Shown: one piece after another, positions 39,901 through 54,900 of the stretch
Position numbering within the stretch: the stretch's first letter is position 1
Layout of the letters: every line of letters begins with the position of its first letter
Source: Bugula neritina
Taxonomy: Eukaryota > Animalia > Bryozoa
Reading direction: 5' to 3'
Assembly: GCA_964035545.1 (NCBI GenBank)
Contig: OZ037771.1
Coordinates: 3,979,628-4,043,627 of the forward strand
Length of the DNA: 64,000 nt
Made by a program: the position numbers and the translations under genes
Notes under the pieces: model-generated
What the model saw: the letters and a program-made list of their open reading frames with translations, nothing else
What the model was told of the DNA's origin: nothing
The model's database searches: none

Positions 39901-42900
39901 GCCAAGATATTTGCCAAAACTGTCAGTAATATCCTGAGCAGAGAAACTCTCCTGGTCTTTCGATTTCAAATTTTGATAAAACTATAAACAGACAACTCCC
40001 AGAAATGAATGAAGTGTAAAAGCACACATTACACTCAGCATTGGCCACACTGTATTAACACCAGGAAGATGATCAAAGCAGCAGAAAAAGCCAGCTACTG
40101 TATAAACATTTACTTTCCAAAAATACTGGCAGCCATATAATTTATCTTGGTATTCTCAGAGTTAGTTGTGACTGTCAGTAGAACTCAGATTTAATCTGGA
40201 TGAATGTGATTGAATCTGTAGGTTAATCCACTTTTATTAAAAATAATTACAATTTTAAGAGGAAGTAGCGCCATTATGTTTTACTTTTGATCAGTTAACA
40301 TCCATTATTACAGTCAAAATAAAAAAATAAAGCCTACATAACACAAAGCATAACACCATTGTACCGGAGCTCTATAATCTCAGCTAATTGAGAAGACTTT
40401 GTTCTTCAAATTTCTTAAAATTCTGACTTTTGAACTGATGAGAAACCAGTGCTAAGTTAATAGATGCACAAAACACAGTCTCATAATTTCACAGAGAAAG
40501 CAGGTGAATTATGGGTAACTAATGACCTTGGCCAGCTTCCTCACAGCCTCAGGTCCTTCTACTTCATCCACCAGCTTGTAGAAGGCCTGTGCTAATGTGA
40601 TGGCTGGCGTGTCGTCCTCCTTGGCTACAGGAACCAAGCCTATCCTGATGGGAGTCTGGTGTTCGTAGAGACTGGACAGGAAATCCAGAGTGTAGCCAAT
40701 AGCGATGTCATTAACATCAAACATCACCACCTGCAGAATATGTGGGTATAAATAGATAATATATGGGTATAACTATAGTATGTGTGGGTATAACTATAGT
40801 ATCACAGTACAACTACAAATTGCGGTCATGTGGCTTCAGAATTCTCACATAAATGAATTTAAATAAGAGTTATCTCCTCTCTCCTCACACATAATTCTGC
40901 CTACTAAGTACATTCAACAACTTCACAGTTGAAATTAGCATTTATGCCACAAAGAAAAAGGAAGTGGAATAATTAACAATAACAGTACATGCTAATTACC
41001 TACAGGCATTAAATATACAGATACTAAATATACATATATACTGTAGGTAGCGGCAACAGCCAGTATAAACTACACTCGGTCGTAAAATTGTTGGCAAAAT
41101 AAGCGGAGAAACCCACACATTGTAAAACAAAATTAATGGCAATTCACATAAAATCAGCCTCAATAAAAACACCAGAAGTGAATCAAAGAATTGCTGCAGT
41201 TTCAAGTTAGAACGCTACTAGTCTGTACACCCACCAGGTTGAACAGATTTCTGGAGAGGTATCTCATCATCCCGGGGAAGGTCGGCTGTAAGAGCGCGTG
41301 CAGTGAGCTCGGCCAGGAAGAGTATATCTCATCTCTCTCCAGGTTGTTGATGAACTACAATGGAACGCAGGTTAAACCACAAGTCCTACAGGTAGACAGG
41401 GTTACTACTTGCTTCACATATTAAACTTACAGCTGGACACACATCTGTTGAGAAGAATTAGTACAGAATTCCTGCCAGAAATTTGACACTCCTCTGTCAG
41501 GAGTGTTTAGCAACTCTAAGTTATAATAGAAACCTAATAGGAGGGACTGATTACTAATGCTTTTCATAGTTTTACATTTTTTGGGAAAGAACCAGAATGT
41601 TGCTGCTAATCTATACTTCAGAGTGAAATGCTTCATTGACCACAGAAACACAGATGAGTCAGTGTATATGACTCTTACAGTGTAGGTGTAATGGATGAAG
41701 ATGAAGGTGTTAAAAAGAGCAAAAGATTTCCTACATTCTCCCTTCTCCTCTCCGCCTCTCCCTTCCCCACCCCGCCCTCTGCATTCACTGCTCAAATATC
41801 CCAACAGCTTTACACAAAACAGGAAGTAAAACATTCCTTCTAAGAATTGTAACTCAAACTGATACATTAACAGAAAAACATTTTATCAAATCCTTCCAAT
41901 GATGCCACAAAACTAGCAAACGTTGAGAAAAAAATTTTTTTGTACAGACCTGAATTACAGAGTAAATGCACATTGTTATAGAATACACCAGCTGTTACTT
42001 ACATATTCAATGAAGTTTAAAAGCTAATACTCAATTACAACATTATAAAGTAAAACTACATTTACCTATTGACAGATAACAACTTAATGACAAGAATTAC
42101 TATAGAGTTGTCTTTCCCTTTTTATCATTATATCAGTAAAGCAAAAAGTTTACCAAAGATGGTTTTAATAGAATTTCACTTAGTCATGCAGCTATTCATT
42201 CAGTCATGCGTACAGGGACACGTTTTCCACAAGTTAGAAATATCCAAAATTCATGAGTTTTATTGGCATTAAAACAAACAGCTGAAAGAGGAAAAACTGA
42301 AACATCCTGAGCAAAGATCTCTGGAACTGTAACTCAAAAGTCACTGATGTCTAGAGATGAAATACACTGACTTCTAAAGTAGACTTACAGTTATAGCAGA
42401 GTCTCTAATGTCCAGGGCATATTGTTGGTCTTTGTTGTTAGACAGCTGCCTTAGCAAACTACCAACATCAGCATTCTACAATAAACAGGTTTTCCGTAAC
42501 TAAAAAGGCACGAAAAAACAACTTCATAAATAAGAGGCTTACATTCACACTTGCATCACTGTAAAACACTTTGCAGATTTGCATATGGAATATATTATGG
42601 AATATTTCTATATGTGATGTAATATTGGGAGATATTGGCAGACTGGTTTTCGTACAAGGAACTGCTGTGATTACGCAAAATTTAATTTTAAAATGTATAA
42701 TGATGGTAATGATAGTAAAAGTTGACGTAATGTGTACTTAGATACATTTATAATAATGCTAGGGAAACAGCCAAGTTACCGATGGAAAATTAATGTACAC
42801 ATAAAATCCCTGAGAGTTCCTGGTAAGAAAGAGAGATAACTGAAAGTTGGACATAGAACAGGAGGATTCTGGCAGAGATGCAAGTATTGCAAGATAATGG

Positions 42901-45900
42901 AGATAGCTGAAATCTGTTCTAGGAAATTACAGCATTTAGTGTGGTAACTCTGCTACTCAACATGGCCGACATTTAAAGGTGCAAAAGCTACACCAACAGC
43001 AGGTAAGATGGTTAGTTGGTCTGATACGTGAAAAACTGAAAATAATGCCCAAATCTACTGACCAAAATAAACGGAAACTCCAAATTCTGTTGCAGTAAAG
43101 ATATAATCTCGTTTCCATAGCAACGACTAATGTAAACAATAGCAGGACATCCTAAATCTCCCTGCTGTTAGCCAGTGTTAATACTTCAGACTGACAGGAA
43201 ATGAACTTATAACTAGGTCATGCTGACACAGCTGACAGGAAATGAACTTATAACTAGGTCATGCTGACACAGCTGACAGGAAATGACCTACATCTAAGCC
43301 TTGTTGACTGAGCAGCTCCATAATGGTCAGGTCTTCCCTGATGCTGTCGTAGAGAGAGAACATGTCCAGAGTGTCAATGTCCATAGAAATGCCGTTGATG
43401 AGCAGCGCAGAATCCCCCACCGCAACACCATACTGTTCCAGAGCCTGTAAACATACACCATATTAAACTCACGCAAGTTTATAGTCACCATCTCTGTGAG
43501 AAAATCCTGATGGAATGAATTTTTTGCTCAATCGGGCTGAGGACTTATTCAGATGGGGCACAGGAGCAATTATGACTGAATGCTCTTCCTAACATCACCA
43601 ATGGTCTTTGTCGGGGCTCGAATCCATGACCCCGTGTTTACTAAGCAAACACTCTAACCCCTAGACCATGGTTGCTCCCTCTACACACCACATCAGTTCC
43701 TTTCTTAAAGACACGAGTGATAGAGTCAGATGGAAATCACTAACTTTATTGGCAATGTAGAACCCCGTTACCTGCAAGGATTAAAACGGTTACAGTGAAA
43801 GACAGTGATGATTAGCTCCTTCCTTCCCACTGCCTAAACTGACCCAACATTTACCAAACACAGCTGTTCTAGGTTGCTGTCCAGTTGAATGGAATGCAGC
43901 TATAATAACATAATTTATAACATAGTTTTTCTGACAAGCCTGCAGTGTAAAATTAGAACTCAGCCTATCAATCACCTGCCAGCTTTAACCAATCTATTGT
44001 GGAACACTCTGTCACTTTTATGGAACAATTAAATTATTACTACTTGGTTTGCCGGAATTTTGAATAGCCTGAGTGATACACTAATGACAAACAGCACTAG
44101 CCTAAGTACCTGGTTGCCCCCCCCCACACTGCTAGCTAGTAAGAACTTGAAGGCTAGTACAGAGGTGTGCCAGCCACGAGTGGAAATGTTTAAAAACAGA
44201 ACGCCTATGAATAGAGAGATTGCATCTAACATGCCACATTTATAACATAATTTAAAGTTTACTTTATTTATGCACATTTTTTATCGTTGAGTATATCAAT
44301 GCCTACTGCAATATTTTCAATTTAAAAACAAATATATGTTAATAATTATAATATTGAAACCACTGCAGTAGTGAACGGAGTGACTGATTCTGATTTCAAA
44401 TCCCTAGCTAGAATCTTACCTGAGTAGGGGAAGGGGGAACCAACTCCTGAACTGCTGTGTATTTAATGGAGCTCTAATTATCATTATAAGTGTTGCATCA
44501 TTAGTTTTTAAATTACAGTTGACAATTATTCCTTTAGGCACCAGAGCTAATTTTTAGCCCAAGTTGTTTAAATTTCTCAGGAATTTTATTTGAGGCGCAA
44601 CTTGAAATTCCCTTCATTTATTATCTAGAACACAGGCTTTTCTCAATTTCTCCATTAAGGCATTTATGTGAGCTCATTTACCCTATATTTACCCATTATA
44701 CCACTTGGGTGTACTCAATATAGTATATACTATCCCTACTACACCTACCATACATAATGAAGGTACTGTGAATATGTTATACATACTGTACATGCTGTAC
44801 ATGCTGTACATGCTGTACATACTGTACATGCTGTACACACTGTACATATAATATATATACACTACCTTAAACAGTACATGATCTACACACTGTATGTCAG
44901 ACATCTAAGTACATCTGTACTCGACGTTCAACTTACCCGCTGGGAGCTTTTGACAGATTTCCGAAAGTCACTGGTAACCTGCACTTTGGCCAGAGAGGAA
45001 GTGAGAGATGGGAAGTTTTGGCTGATATCCTTGAGCACCTCCAACTGAGAGGTGGGGTTGTCACCGCTACCCACCGCCTTCTGGGCTGCCTGAAAACTCA
45101 GGTCTGCAATTAGTAACAAACACACACTACGGTCAGAGAGATGGCAAACCATTGACTACTATTGATTTTATGTATGAATCTATCCACAAAGGTGTCTCTA
45201 CCAGAACTTAGTGAAGACAGAACATTCTAGAACACAAACAAGCTGATCATAGGCTCTACAGTGAGTTACCACTACCCTAGTCACGTAATGTTTGTGCACA
45301 GCAAATGGTAGCTCATTTAACCTCCTCACTACCTGGACGGTATATATGCTACCTATTAGAAAATACACTAGACAGTAAGTACATTAGGCAGTAAGTACAA
45401 CAGGTAGTAAGTACATCAGACAGTAAGTACATCAGGCAGTAAGTACACTAGGTAGTATATTTACTAGGTATTAAGTTAATTTTTTCTTAGTAACCAAACA
45501 CCACTTGGCGTGAGCTCATCAGTAAATCTGCCTGTTACATGTATGGAATTGTAAAACACACCAAATTTCTCATCCTCCTCTACCTCAAACCCTCACCGTG
45601 TGATACAAACTACTTCCAGCAGGAACAGATAGTGGGTTTTCACTCCTAACTTATGCTAATCAGTGAGCAGAATACATTTACGATGCTAATTCAGTTACAT
45701 GATTACACAGTTTTGTATGTCACCTATGCTAACAGCAATAATTGTACACAGCTTTTAGTTTCCTGAATGTAAGAGTCTAAAAGTTGGTAGACCACAGAAT
45801 TACCATAAGAATAGCTCCTCTAGAACAGAGTGGAACTAGACCGTAGGAAAGAATGTATAACTGAAGTCTGATAGATGCTGAGAATACAGAGAAGTAAAAA

Positions 45901-48900
45901 CAGAAGTATTAACAGGATATCAGAGCTGTGGTGAGAACAGATTCCTTGCATAATAGACACCTTGTCCTGTGAACAATTTCTCTAACCTATCAATAGGTAA
46001 AAATGGCACAGGTAATAATGGCACAAATGGAAAGGTAGGTAAATAGCACACTAATGTTAAAGTTTCCCAAACCCCCTAAACCTAAACCCTCCATTCCCAA
46101 CCCCAAACCCTAATATAGGAAATGTGCCATTTTTACCTAATTTGCCATTATTACCTGTGCCATTTTTAGCTGTGCTATTTTTACAAGTCACCCCTCTATC
46201 CAGATTAAATTCATTTGAATTATGCAGTCAAGCTATTAAAAAAGAGTTCGTACAACTTGGAAAACATTGAGTAGATCAAGCTCAATGCTGAAAAATGTTC
46301 AGCGAGCACCAGTAAAAACTTCAGACGATATGATGAGGTCAAACTGAAGAGAAATTCCGCCCAGCTCTGGCAGAAGGCAGGGCGTACGACAGCAATACTA
46401 ATTAGTAGTTAGCGAGGTTTTATATAAATAGTCTGTCAGGTGACTCCATATAGCGCATTCCAGCTAAATAAAGTGTGCAGCAGAGAGAGTTTGGTAAAGG
46501 CATAGTTGCTGAGGGCGTACGTTCTAATTATATAAGTATGAGTGTATACTGTATACTGTGACCGCCCTTTGGGTATTTGCATACTTAATGAATGGCTGCA
46601 TACAGACGCAATCTTCTATAAAACAGCAACTAATTTACTGAACATACCCTAAGATTAGAGTATAAGGTAAGCCCCATGGCTAGTTTTTCATTGAAGTCCT
46701 CAGTCTATTTGACTAAAACTTTACATCAACAGCTGAAGTCATGAGAAGCAGAAATCTGCAGAAATGTTTTGGTACGAAATTCTCCTTGGTTCAGACAGAA
46801 ATTCCGATAAACATTCATGTTTGAAAGTTATCTGCCCTAGTATCTAACATCTGATAATGGTTATCTAAATCAGCAGCTTCAACTTCTGATCCAAGCCAAG
46901 AGATAATAAACGTAAGAACTGCAGAGCTGCAGATGCTGTTATATAGGTTCTAAAACCAACGCAGACGTTTAGTTTTAGTAAAAGAGGGGTCATTCAATCA
47001 GCTACAGTAGTCTCTTCACTAAAACTAATAAACAATTAATAAATACTTAGTCTTTATAAAGTAGTAGTGTTGTATTAGTAGTACATACTATGTAGTTCAA
47101 TATGCCACACCCACAGTGACACTTTTATAAGTGATTAATTCTACAACTCTATTTTAATCTAAACTGGTCTCCAAACATTGAGAATTTGGTATTTCTTTAC
47201 ACAAGATGCAACTGGTATTCTACTACTATTTGTAGAGGGGATCTTACACTCCTGCTGATAAGATGTACTGTAAGGGGGGGGGGCAGCATTTTAAATATTG
47301 ATCTTTTTATATAAGGGTCATTTTATTTAATTTAGTACACACTGGAAATCTCCAGTTTTTAGCTATTTTTCACAATTTAACTGCTAATGAACATGGGTTT
47401 TTGCTCAAAACTAGTAAAATATCAATAAATACACCTAAATAATCAAAGTTTTTTTAATGTTGCATGATTTCCCACGCTTTTCTCTAACTATTCAGCTATT
47501 TTTGATTGCGGTTTTCTTGTAACGGTTCGCAATCAAAAACAGCGAATAATTAGGAAAAAGCATGGAAAATCAAGCAACATTAAAAAAACTTTGATTATTT
47601 AGGTGTATTTATTGATATTTTACTAGTTTTGAGCAAAAACCCATGTTCATTAGCAGTTAAATTGTGAAAAATAGCTAAAAACTGGAGATTTCCAGTGTGT
47701 ACTAAATTAAATAAAATGACCCATAACTATGTCAACAAGTAAACACATCTTAGGCAGAACAGTACACTATACACTACAGTCTACACTATACAGTACATTA
47801 TACAATACACTACACACTATACTACACTATACAGCACTATACACTACACTATACAGTATATACTATACACTACACTATACAGTACACTATACAGCACACT
47901 ATACAGCACACACTATACAATACACTATACTATTGTTGATACAGGATAGTCTGAGTACCTTGCATTTGCCACACTTTAAGGGGCTTCAGCTCATTACTGC
48001 TCTCACTCAAGGCACTCTTGAAGGCCAGCAACTCCTTCTTGAGGTCAGGAAACCTGGTGCCAAGTCTGGTAAAGTTGAAACCTCCGATTTCACCATCCAA
48101 TGGTTCGTCAACAGAATCATCTTCCTACAGAGAGAGAAAGTGGCACATACACATATATAGAATCAGAGACTTGATGGATGTTATAATATGAAGTATAATA
48201 AGCCATTTGTTCACAACACATCTATATGGCATAAAATTAAACACAAAAGACAAGATAAACAGTAAAGCTGAGTAGTTCTATCGCAAGATTCTTCTGTTAG
48301 AGAGAAAACAGGTTTCTAGGTACATATCACTTTCGGAGATAAAATCCTACAACAACGTAAATCTTCGTAGTATATTAGACTGTGTGTAACCCATCCGTTA
48401 TTTCTGTTACTACGAACATCTAGTAAGCGTGTCATGGATTTATAGCCATTATTTATAGATGTAGGAAATATCTTGAGCTTAATCCTAATCTAATGATGAA
48501 TTGTCCTCCACAAATTAGCTATGGGATTAAAACGCAGAGAATTTTAATATGTGGCCTGGCAGAGATGTTAACTATATGTACTTTCGGATACAACCTTGCA
48601 TTTAGTGCAGGGGGGAATAACTTTGAATAATTGTGTGAAGAGGACTGAATTTTACTGAAATTTGGCATAGTCCTTAGAAGTTGGGGATCTAAAAAGAGCA
48701 AACTTTACAGACAAGCTGTTACCTACACCTCCGTCCAAATACTATGACCTTCACCTACACTGGAACTATTAGAGCCCCTCAAGTCACGAATTCCATTAAA
48801 ACAGAAAATTGACCTCTTTAGTAGGAAAGTAACAAGCCTGCCGTGGCACAGCACCTGCTGGTTGTACTAGGAGCAATGGCCACCAGAGGTAGCTTAATGG

Positions 48901-51900
48901 ATATTGTATGGTAATAAGACTTACACACCACTCTCTAGTACGTGGTGCTCCTTACATATCTCGTAGGCTTTCCTATGTATCATGTTTGTCATTAATCAGA
49001 ATTATACTTGCAGCCAGGAGTGACTTTCAAGTAAAAGCTGTGTTGTTGCCTCTGAAACCACACCTAACTGGTTACCATGGCAACCGGCACAAACTGGCTG
49101 GCTATTGGCTGCGAATAACACAAACAGCATTTCAGGGAATGAAAATAGCCTCCCAGGGAAGAATCGTGTCAGTCGCAGAAATTCTCTGAGATAGGCAAGA
49201 TTTCTCAAAAACTCTTGTAATAACACCAGAGATGTTACGTACAATTCTATTGGGTGCCACTTTGTTGGCTGCTGTGTCAGCATATCCAAGTGGAGCTCCT
49301 TCTGGTGCCTGTGACAGTCTTCTACCGTCCCACGGCACCTCATCCGCCCAAACAAGTAACTCCCCTTACTCTATCAGCGTCAGCACCCCCACCACTGTCA
49401 CCGGAGGAGAATCAGTAACAAGTGAGTTGTTTTTGTTATGAATTGCGGGCAAACATTTTTCACTATTGACAAATTTTTTGTAACACATTTGACAGCAAAT
49501 GCATTTTCAATGCACAGCATTTTGCATTTATTGTCATAGTAATTTTATTGAACACTTTACAGTAACTCTGAGTGGAGAGACAGATTTTCTGGGATTTATC
49601 TTGGTGGCAGAGACTGTGGATGCTAACAACGTTAGAAGCAGCGTTGGCACATTTAGTAACTACGACAACAACCTCGTACAGACAGCATGTGTGAACTCTG
49701 TAAGTCGGCATTAATCCCGCCACAAGTTATTAGAAATTCTGTTGCGTAACAAACATCTATAGGCATTGGGATAATACACCAAATAATAAATGATATTTTA
49801 TTTCAGCTCCAAGCATACTATCCAGAATAGCTAGAAATAAACTTCAGACTTGGCGATAAAACTCTTTCCCCTTTTTAAAATAATAATTTTTGCATAGTAG
49901 TGACTGCTTGTTGCTAAATCAGGCCACGCCATTGCATAGAATATATGATTGTTGTTGAATGTAAGTAATCGGTAGACTGGAGCTAAATTCGATCTATCGC
50001 TTAAAACACCAACTTCTTTTCAAGTTGCAAAACAATTTTTATAATTTATATCCAAGGTTACCTGGATGTTATTGTACATACCATAACAATTATAGATATG
50101 TAACCGCTCATAGCAAATAATCAAAATGTTAACAGCAACAACTGTTCCAAAATAAAACTTCAATTGATGAAGCATTTAATAATTTCAGGATGGATTAACA
50201 CATAAGGCCGCAGTTTCCAAAAACAATATAGAAATTACATGGACAGCTCCAACAGGTTTTACTGGATACGTCAGTTTCTGGTAAGCTACATGTTTTCTAA
50301 ATTACATATCCCTTCTATCATTATTTTAATTTTCAAACACACCACTTCCATTTTATTCCTTTCGACACTTTATAGGGATAAAGAAACAAATGCTTCCACT
50401 AAGTTGACTATACATGTTATATACATATGCGCAGGGGGTCCTTTGTACAGAACTTCAACACCTTCTGGACGGTCATACAAGGTACGAGCAGTGTACTTGT
50501 CTCCTTGCCAGCAGAAACGACCCCTAAACCAGCCACCACCACCACCACAACAACCACAACAACACCAGCCACAACAGCACCAGCTACAACAGCAAGAGCC
50601 ACAACTACTAAACCAGAAACAACTACTACTAGAGCCACCACCCAGAGCAGCTTCAAGACAACAACACAAGTGAAAACAACAGGTAACCCGATGAGTTTTA
50701 CACATCTGCAAGTAGTTTGTAAAATACCTCATAACTTCCCAAGCCAACAATAAAGCTTGAAAAGTGATAACCATTTTTCTATAGGCATAAAATGCACACA
50801 TTTAGAAAGTTGTTATACATATTTGAATCCACGAATTTAGAGTAAACAGTTTTCAAATTTCAAGAAAGGTTAGAATAGCCAATAAAGATGTAAAATATTC
50901 ATTCCTCCGTTATTATTGTAGCAAAACCTACTCCATCTCCAAAACCAAAAAGAACAAAAGTTATCAGAAAACCACATTTGAAATCCCAAGGAGTACCACC
51001 AGAAGTTGGTGCGAGTCAAAACCAAGGTAAAGTGTCCACAATTTAAGTTATATAATATAATTAGCAGTAAAACTGCAGCCCGAATGTCAATTGATTATAA
51101 CAGCACAATATAGTGTGAGTCTATAGGAAAGACATCTCATGGAAGAATTATGCAAAAATAAACCATACGTGTTAGAAACTTACTTCTTCATACATGAACT
51201 AACCACAAGTGGAATGGTATAATTTTAGTTATAATTAATAAATACTATTGTTTTTAATAATACAAAAGTTATTAAAAATCTAGCAAAAAATTTTCAAACG
51301 CCAAATTTTGATGATAGGTTTGTGAGTTGCAATGGCACATTATATGCAATTAACCAATAATTGCATAATTAGGGCAAAACTTTATGTCAACATACTACAT
51401 GAAACACCTAAATTCTTCAAGTATACAAAAAGTAGCTTTAAATACACACATTGTATAAAAGAAATAGAAAATGATGAATACTAGCGATGGTATTTAATAA
51501 TGCTGATACTATTTGCATATAAATTATTTTGTAATATACTATGTAATATATGTTATGTAATATATTTTACAGGTGTTTCTATTCTCCACTCATCAGGCTT
51601 GTGTTTGGTTTCAATTCTACTAAAGTACTTGTACTAGATACTTGGTTGTACCCTTCGCCTCCATTGCGTCAACTACCAATCACAGCTTATGTTATGGAAA
51701 CCAAGAACTAGTGACAGTAAATATTCTAGTGGTAAATTGTTGGTAATTAATGACTTAGCTACTTCTAATAGTAAGAAAAGAATTAGTTGATGCCCTGAGG
51801 CATAAATAAATGAATTTCGGTTGATTGGAGTCGCTTATATATGATTTTGAGAACTATTTAACTGTTTATATCAGATACACAACTTCTGTAGGGTTCAAAT

Positions 51901-54900
51901 AAACATGTGAATTAAATTGATTATCTTATACACAGGTCCTGTTGAACCATTTTATGAGCTACTATTATATTTTATATAATTATTATATTCTATGTGTATA
52001 TATTATATATTGACATATTCAATAAAGATATTATATTGTATACAACATGGCATCACTTTATATCATTATAGAAAATATTTAGTTTTTCTTTCAAAATCAA
52101 AATGTTGCATATTACCGGAAACTGTAAACCATTTATAATATTAGACATTGACACTGAGTCTAGCACATGATTTATCTAAAAGGTACGTAAAAATGAAAAT
52201 CATGATAATATTGACAGCCTGTCTCACTTTGAAAAAATATGGACATGCTGTCAGTTTAGCACAAGACACATAAATCATACCAGTTGGATCAAAGTTTCGG
52301 CATGTTTTTATTTTTAGCTGAATTAAAATTCTTTTGACAACTTCTGTGCATATACCGAAGGGCTAATAATTATTACTACTAAATATCGTAAATTAATCTA
52401 AATTGCTGACAACAATTTGATTGCACTGTGTGTACTGCCTGTCAGATAAATAGCAGATGTTGATACAACTAAACTTATGAAGGCGAGTAGATTTAGACAC
52501 GCCTGTCTTGATAAAAGGTGTGGCAAACGTGAGTAGCAAAACATGCTAAATATAGGTAATTGAAAAATTTATGAGGGAAAAATAATTCATGACTATGAGA
52601 AACACGCGCTTTAATTTCCAAAAGTTTGACATTTTACACAATTAATTTTGTAATATCACGACACAAAGAAGATTTTTTTCAAAGAAACAAATTATGATGA
52701 AACACGAGCTTTAATTTCTAAAAGTTTGTCATTTTACACAATTGATTTTGTAATATCATGACACAAAGAAGATTTTTTTCAAAGAAACAAATTATGATGA
52801 AACTTTGATAAATTGGAGCCCATCATAGTTCTACTTAGATAAATTTTATGGTTACATTTTTGGCTCCTTGTAAGTCCCAAATGGTCAACACCCGTGTGCA
52901 CCATTCTAATGTAATATAATATTTCTTCAATGGTATTAAATATAAATCACTCCTTGCCAAAATAAAAAGAATACTTCAACATTCGACATCATTATAGGTC
53001 AAAAATTGCTATAATTAAAAGCTTCAAGACCTAAGAACTATAGTATAATAGTCTACCTAACCAATGAATGATTCAAATTAATGTATTCAATTTTATGAAG
53101 AGTTGGTAATTCTTTAAAGAAGGTGAAGAAATGGTGAATACATTATCTATACAAATATAGACACTTAAAATTCATCAATTACACGACAGTGACGTAAATT
53201 AATCAGAGTGCCCAGCCCAACTAGGTCAATGAAGAAGGAGAATGTTGGTGTCGACAGTATTTATAGATGTTCAGGGGGCATAACTACCAACTACTCAAAT
53301 TGTTTTTTGTGTGAGTAAAGCAGTGAAAATAACCTTGACAGAATTAGTGTTAGTTATGAAGACAACTATGCTCATCAACAATTTTATGGGCTAAATGGTC
53401 AGTTATTAAAAAGTAGAGGCTTAGCATTATAATATAAATACTGAATGCTGCTAAAATAGTTTAGATATTTTCACAAATATGTAGAACTATAATGCACAAA
53501 AGAAATTATTACCATTATATTTATAGAACCTAGATATCCCAGCTATGCTTTTTTGCTTTTTTTTCACACAGGATGTGAAACATGAAATATCTAATTAAAA
53601 TATTCCAATATTTTCAAAATGAGTTTCAGCAAAAAACCTTGAAAACTACTAGCTTTGTCTTGCACGTCAACCTTATACAGAATAGAAAATAACAATCAAG
53701 AGCATTCAATCATCAACATAGACTTGCGCAATGTGCTAAGACTTCGGGGTACTAATTTTAAGACATAGGTTTCATTTCCACAAATCTACAATATTTACAT
53801 ACAAGGAAATTATAAATTTCTTTAGTGATGAATAACCCCCCAGGTGCATCGAGTCACAGCTAAATCGGAATACTTTCAAAATTTGAAATTGCTTTTATAG
53901 CTGAAAACTTAAATTAATGGTTATTCCTAATATTCATTTTATTTGATCACTTAGCATGGATAATTGAAAAGTGCTATCTGTATTACGAGTTACTCCAGGC
54001 ATCATATAAATTCGAGCACAGCTGTCATTAGCTTTCATCCAATATATCACTATTGTTGCTGTCTATCAAGATATCATTTTATGCTGACCATTACTCATGC
54101 TTACGAAAAAGTTAAAAGTTGCAAGCATTATGGAAATCATTTAAACAAGTCCGAAATGAACGTAGTAATATTTAATCTTTTGAGATAAGCGTAATTGAGT
54201 TGCCTTAAGAACACAGAACATATCTTGGAGTCTCCAGAAGCATTATGGTGACAGGACCTGGGAGGACAAGAGGATTTAAGTCAGTGAAATCATACAAGCC
54301 ATCAGAAAATTATCCTCCTAATCTCTTGAATGATGATGACAGAATTAGAACACTCGTAAAATACAGAGAACCATCCACTCAAAACTCTCAAGAGTCAAAT
54401 ACCAAGCAACCATCAACAAACTGGTGATCATAACACTAGCTTACAGAACTATGCAAAAAACCTTTCTTTCAGAAAGAAATTTCTATTGGCAACAAATTAT
54501 CGGGAACACATCACCCTTACAAAAACACGACACGTCAATCATGATGATTCTACCAGAAAAGTGGCAGATTGTCTCAAGACAGCTAGAGCCATCGTGGCCA
54601 TCAGTCACGAAATCTTGGCACCAATTCTTCAGCCAGACATTTAATTCATCAAGTTGGTTCTTCAGAAAAATTTCATCATATCAGAAAACCTTTTCGGGTG
54701 TACAATACAAGTAAACTGCAACTTGTACTGCTTGAAGAAATAACCATAAGTTGTATTGTAACAACTGATGCATTGTGAAACGATGTTGGATTTTAAAACT
54801 AAGGTATAAGCTCGGTCACATATCAAGTTCGCTAAAAAGAAGCTCTTGCTTGTTTATAAGCTGTGGACCTGAAGCTATGAGTTTAAAGTTTAATACCAGA

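Noticed and set aside
43600-43680. Possible tRNA gene
   Set aside because: A and B boxes are present, but there is no convincing cloverleaf, and it is joined to a body and tail shared with another dispersed copy, so it is a SINE head.
47729-48160. 143-aa plus-strand ORF
   Set aside because: It consists of a simple repeat plus the antisense of UGGT exon 6.
50239-50801. Gln/Pro-rich, Cys-rich and Val-rich ORFs
   Set aside because: These are alternative-frame and antisense readings of the poly-Thr (ACA/ACC) mucin exon of the reeler gene.
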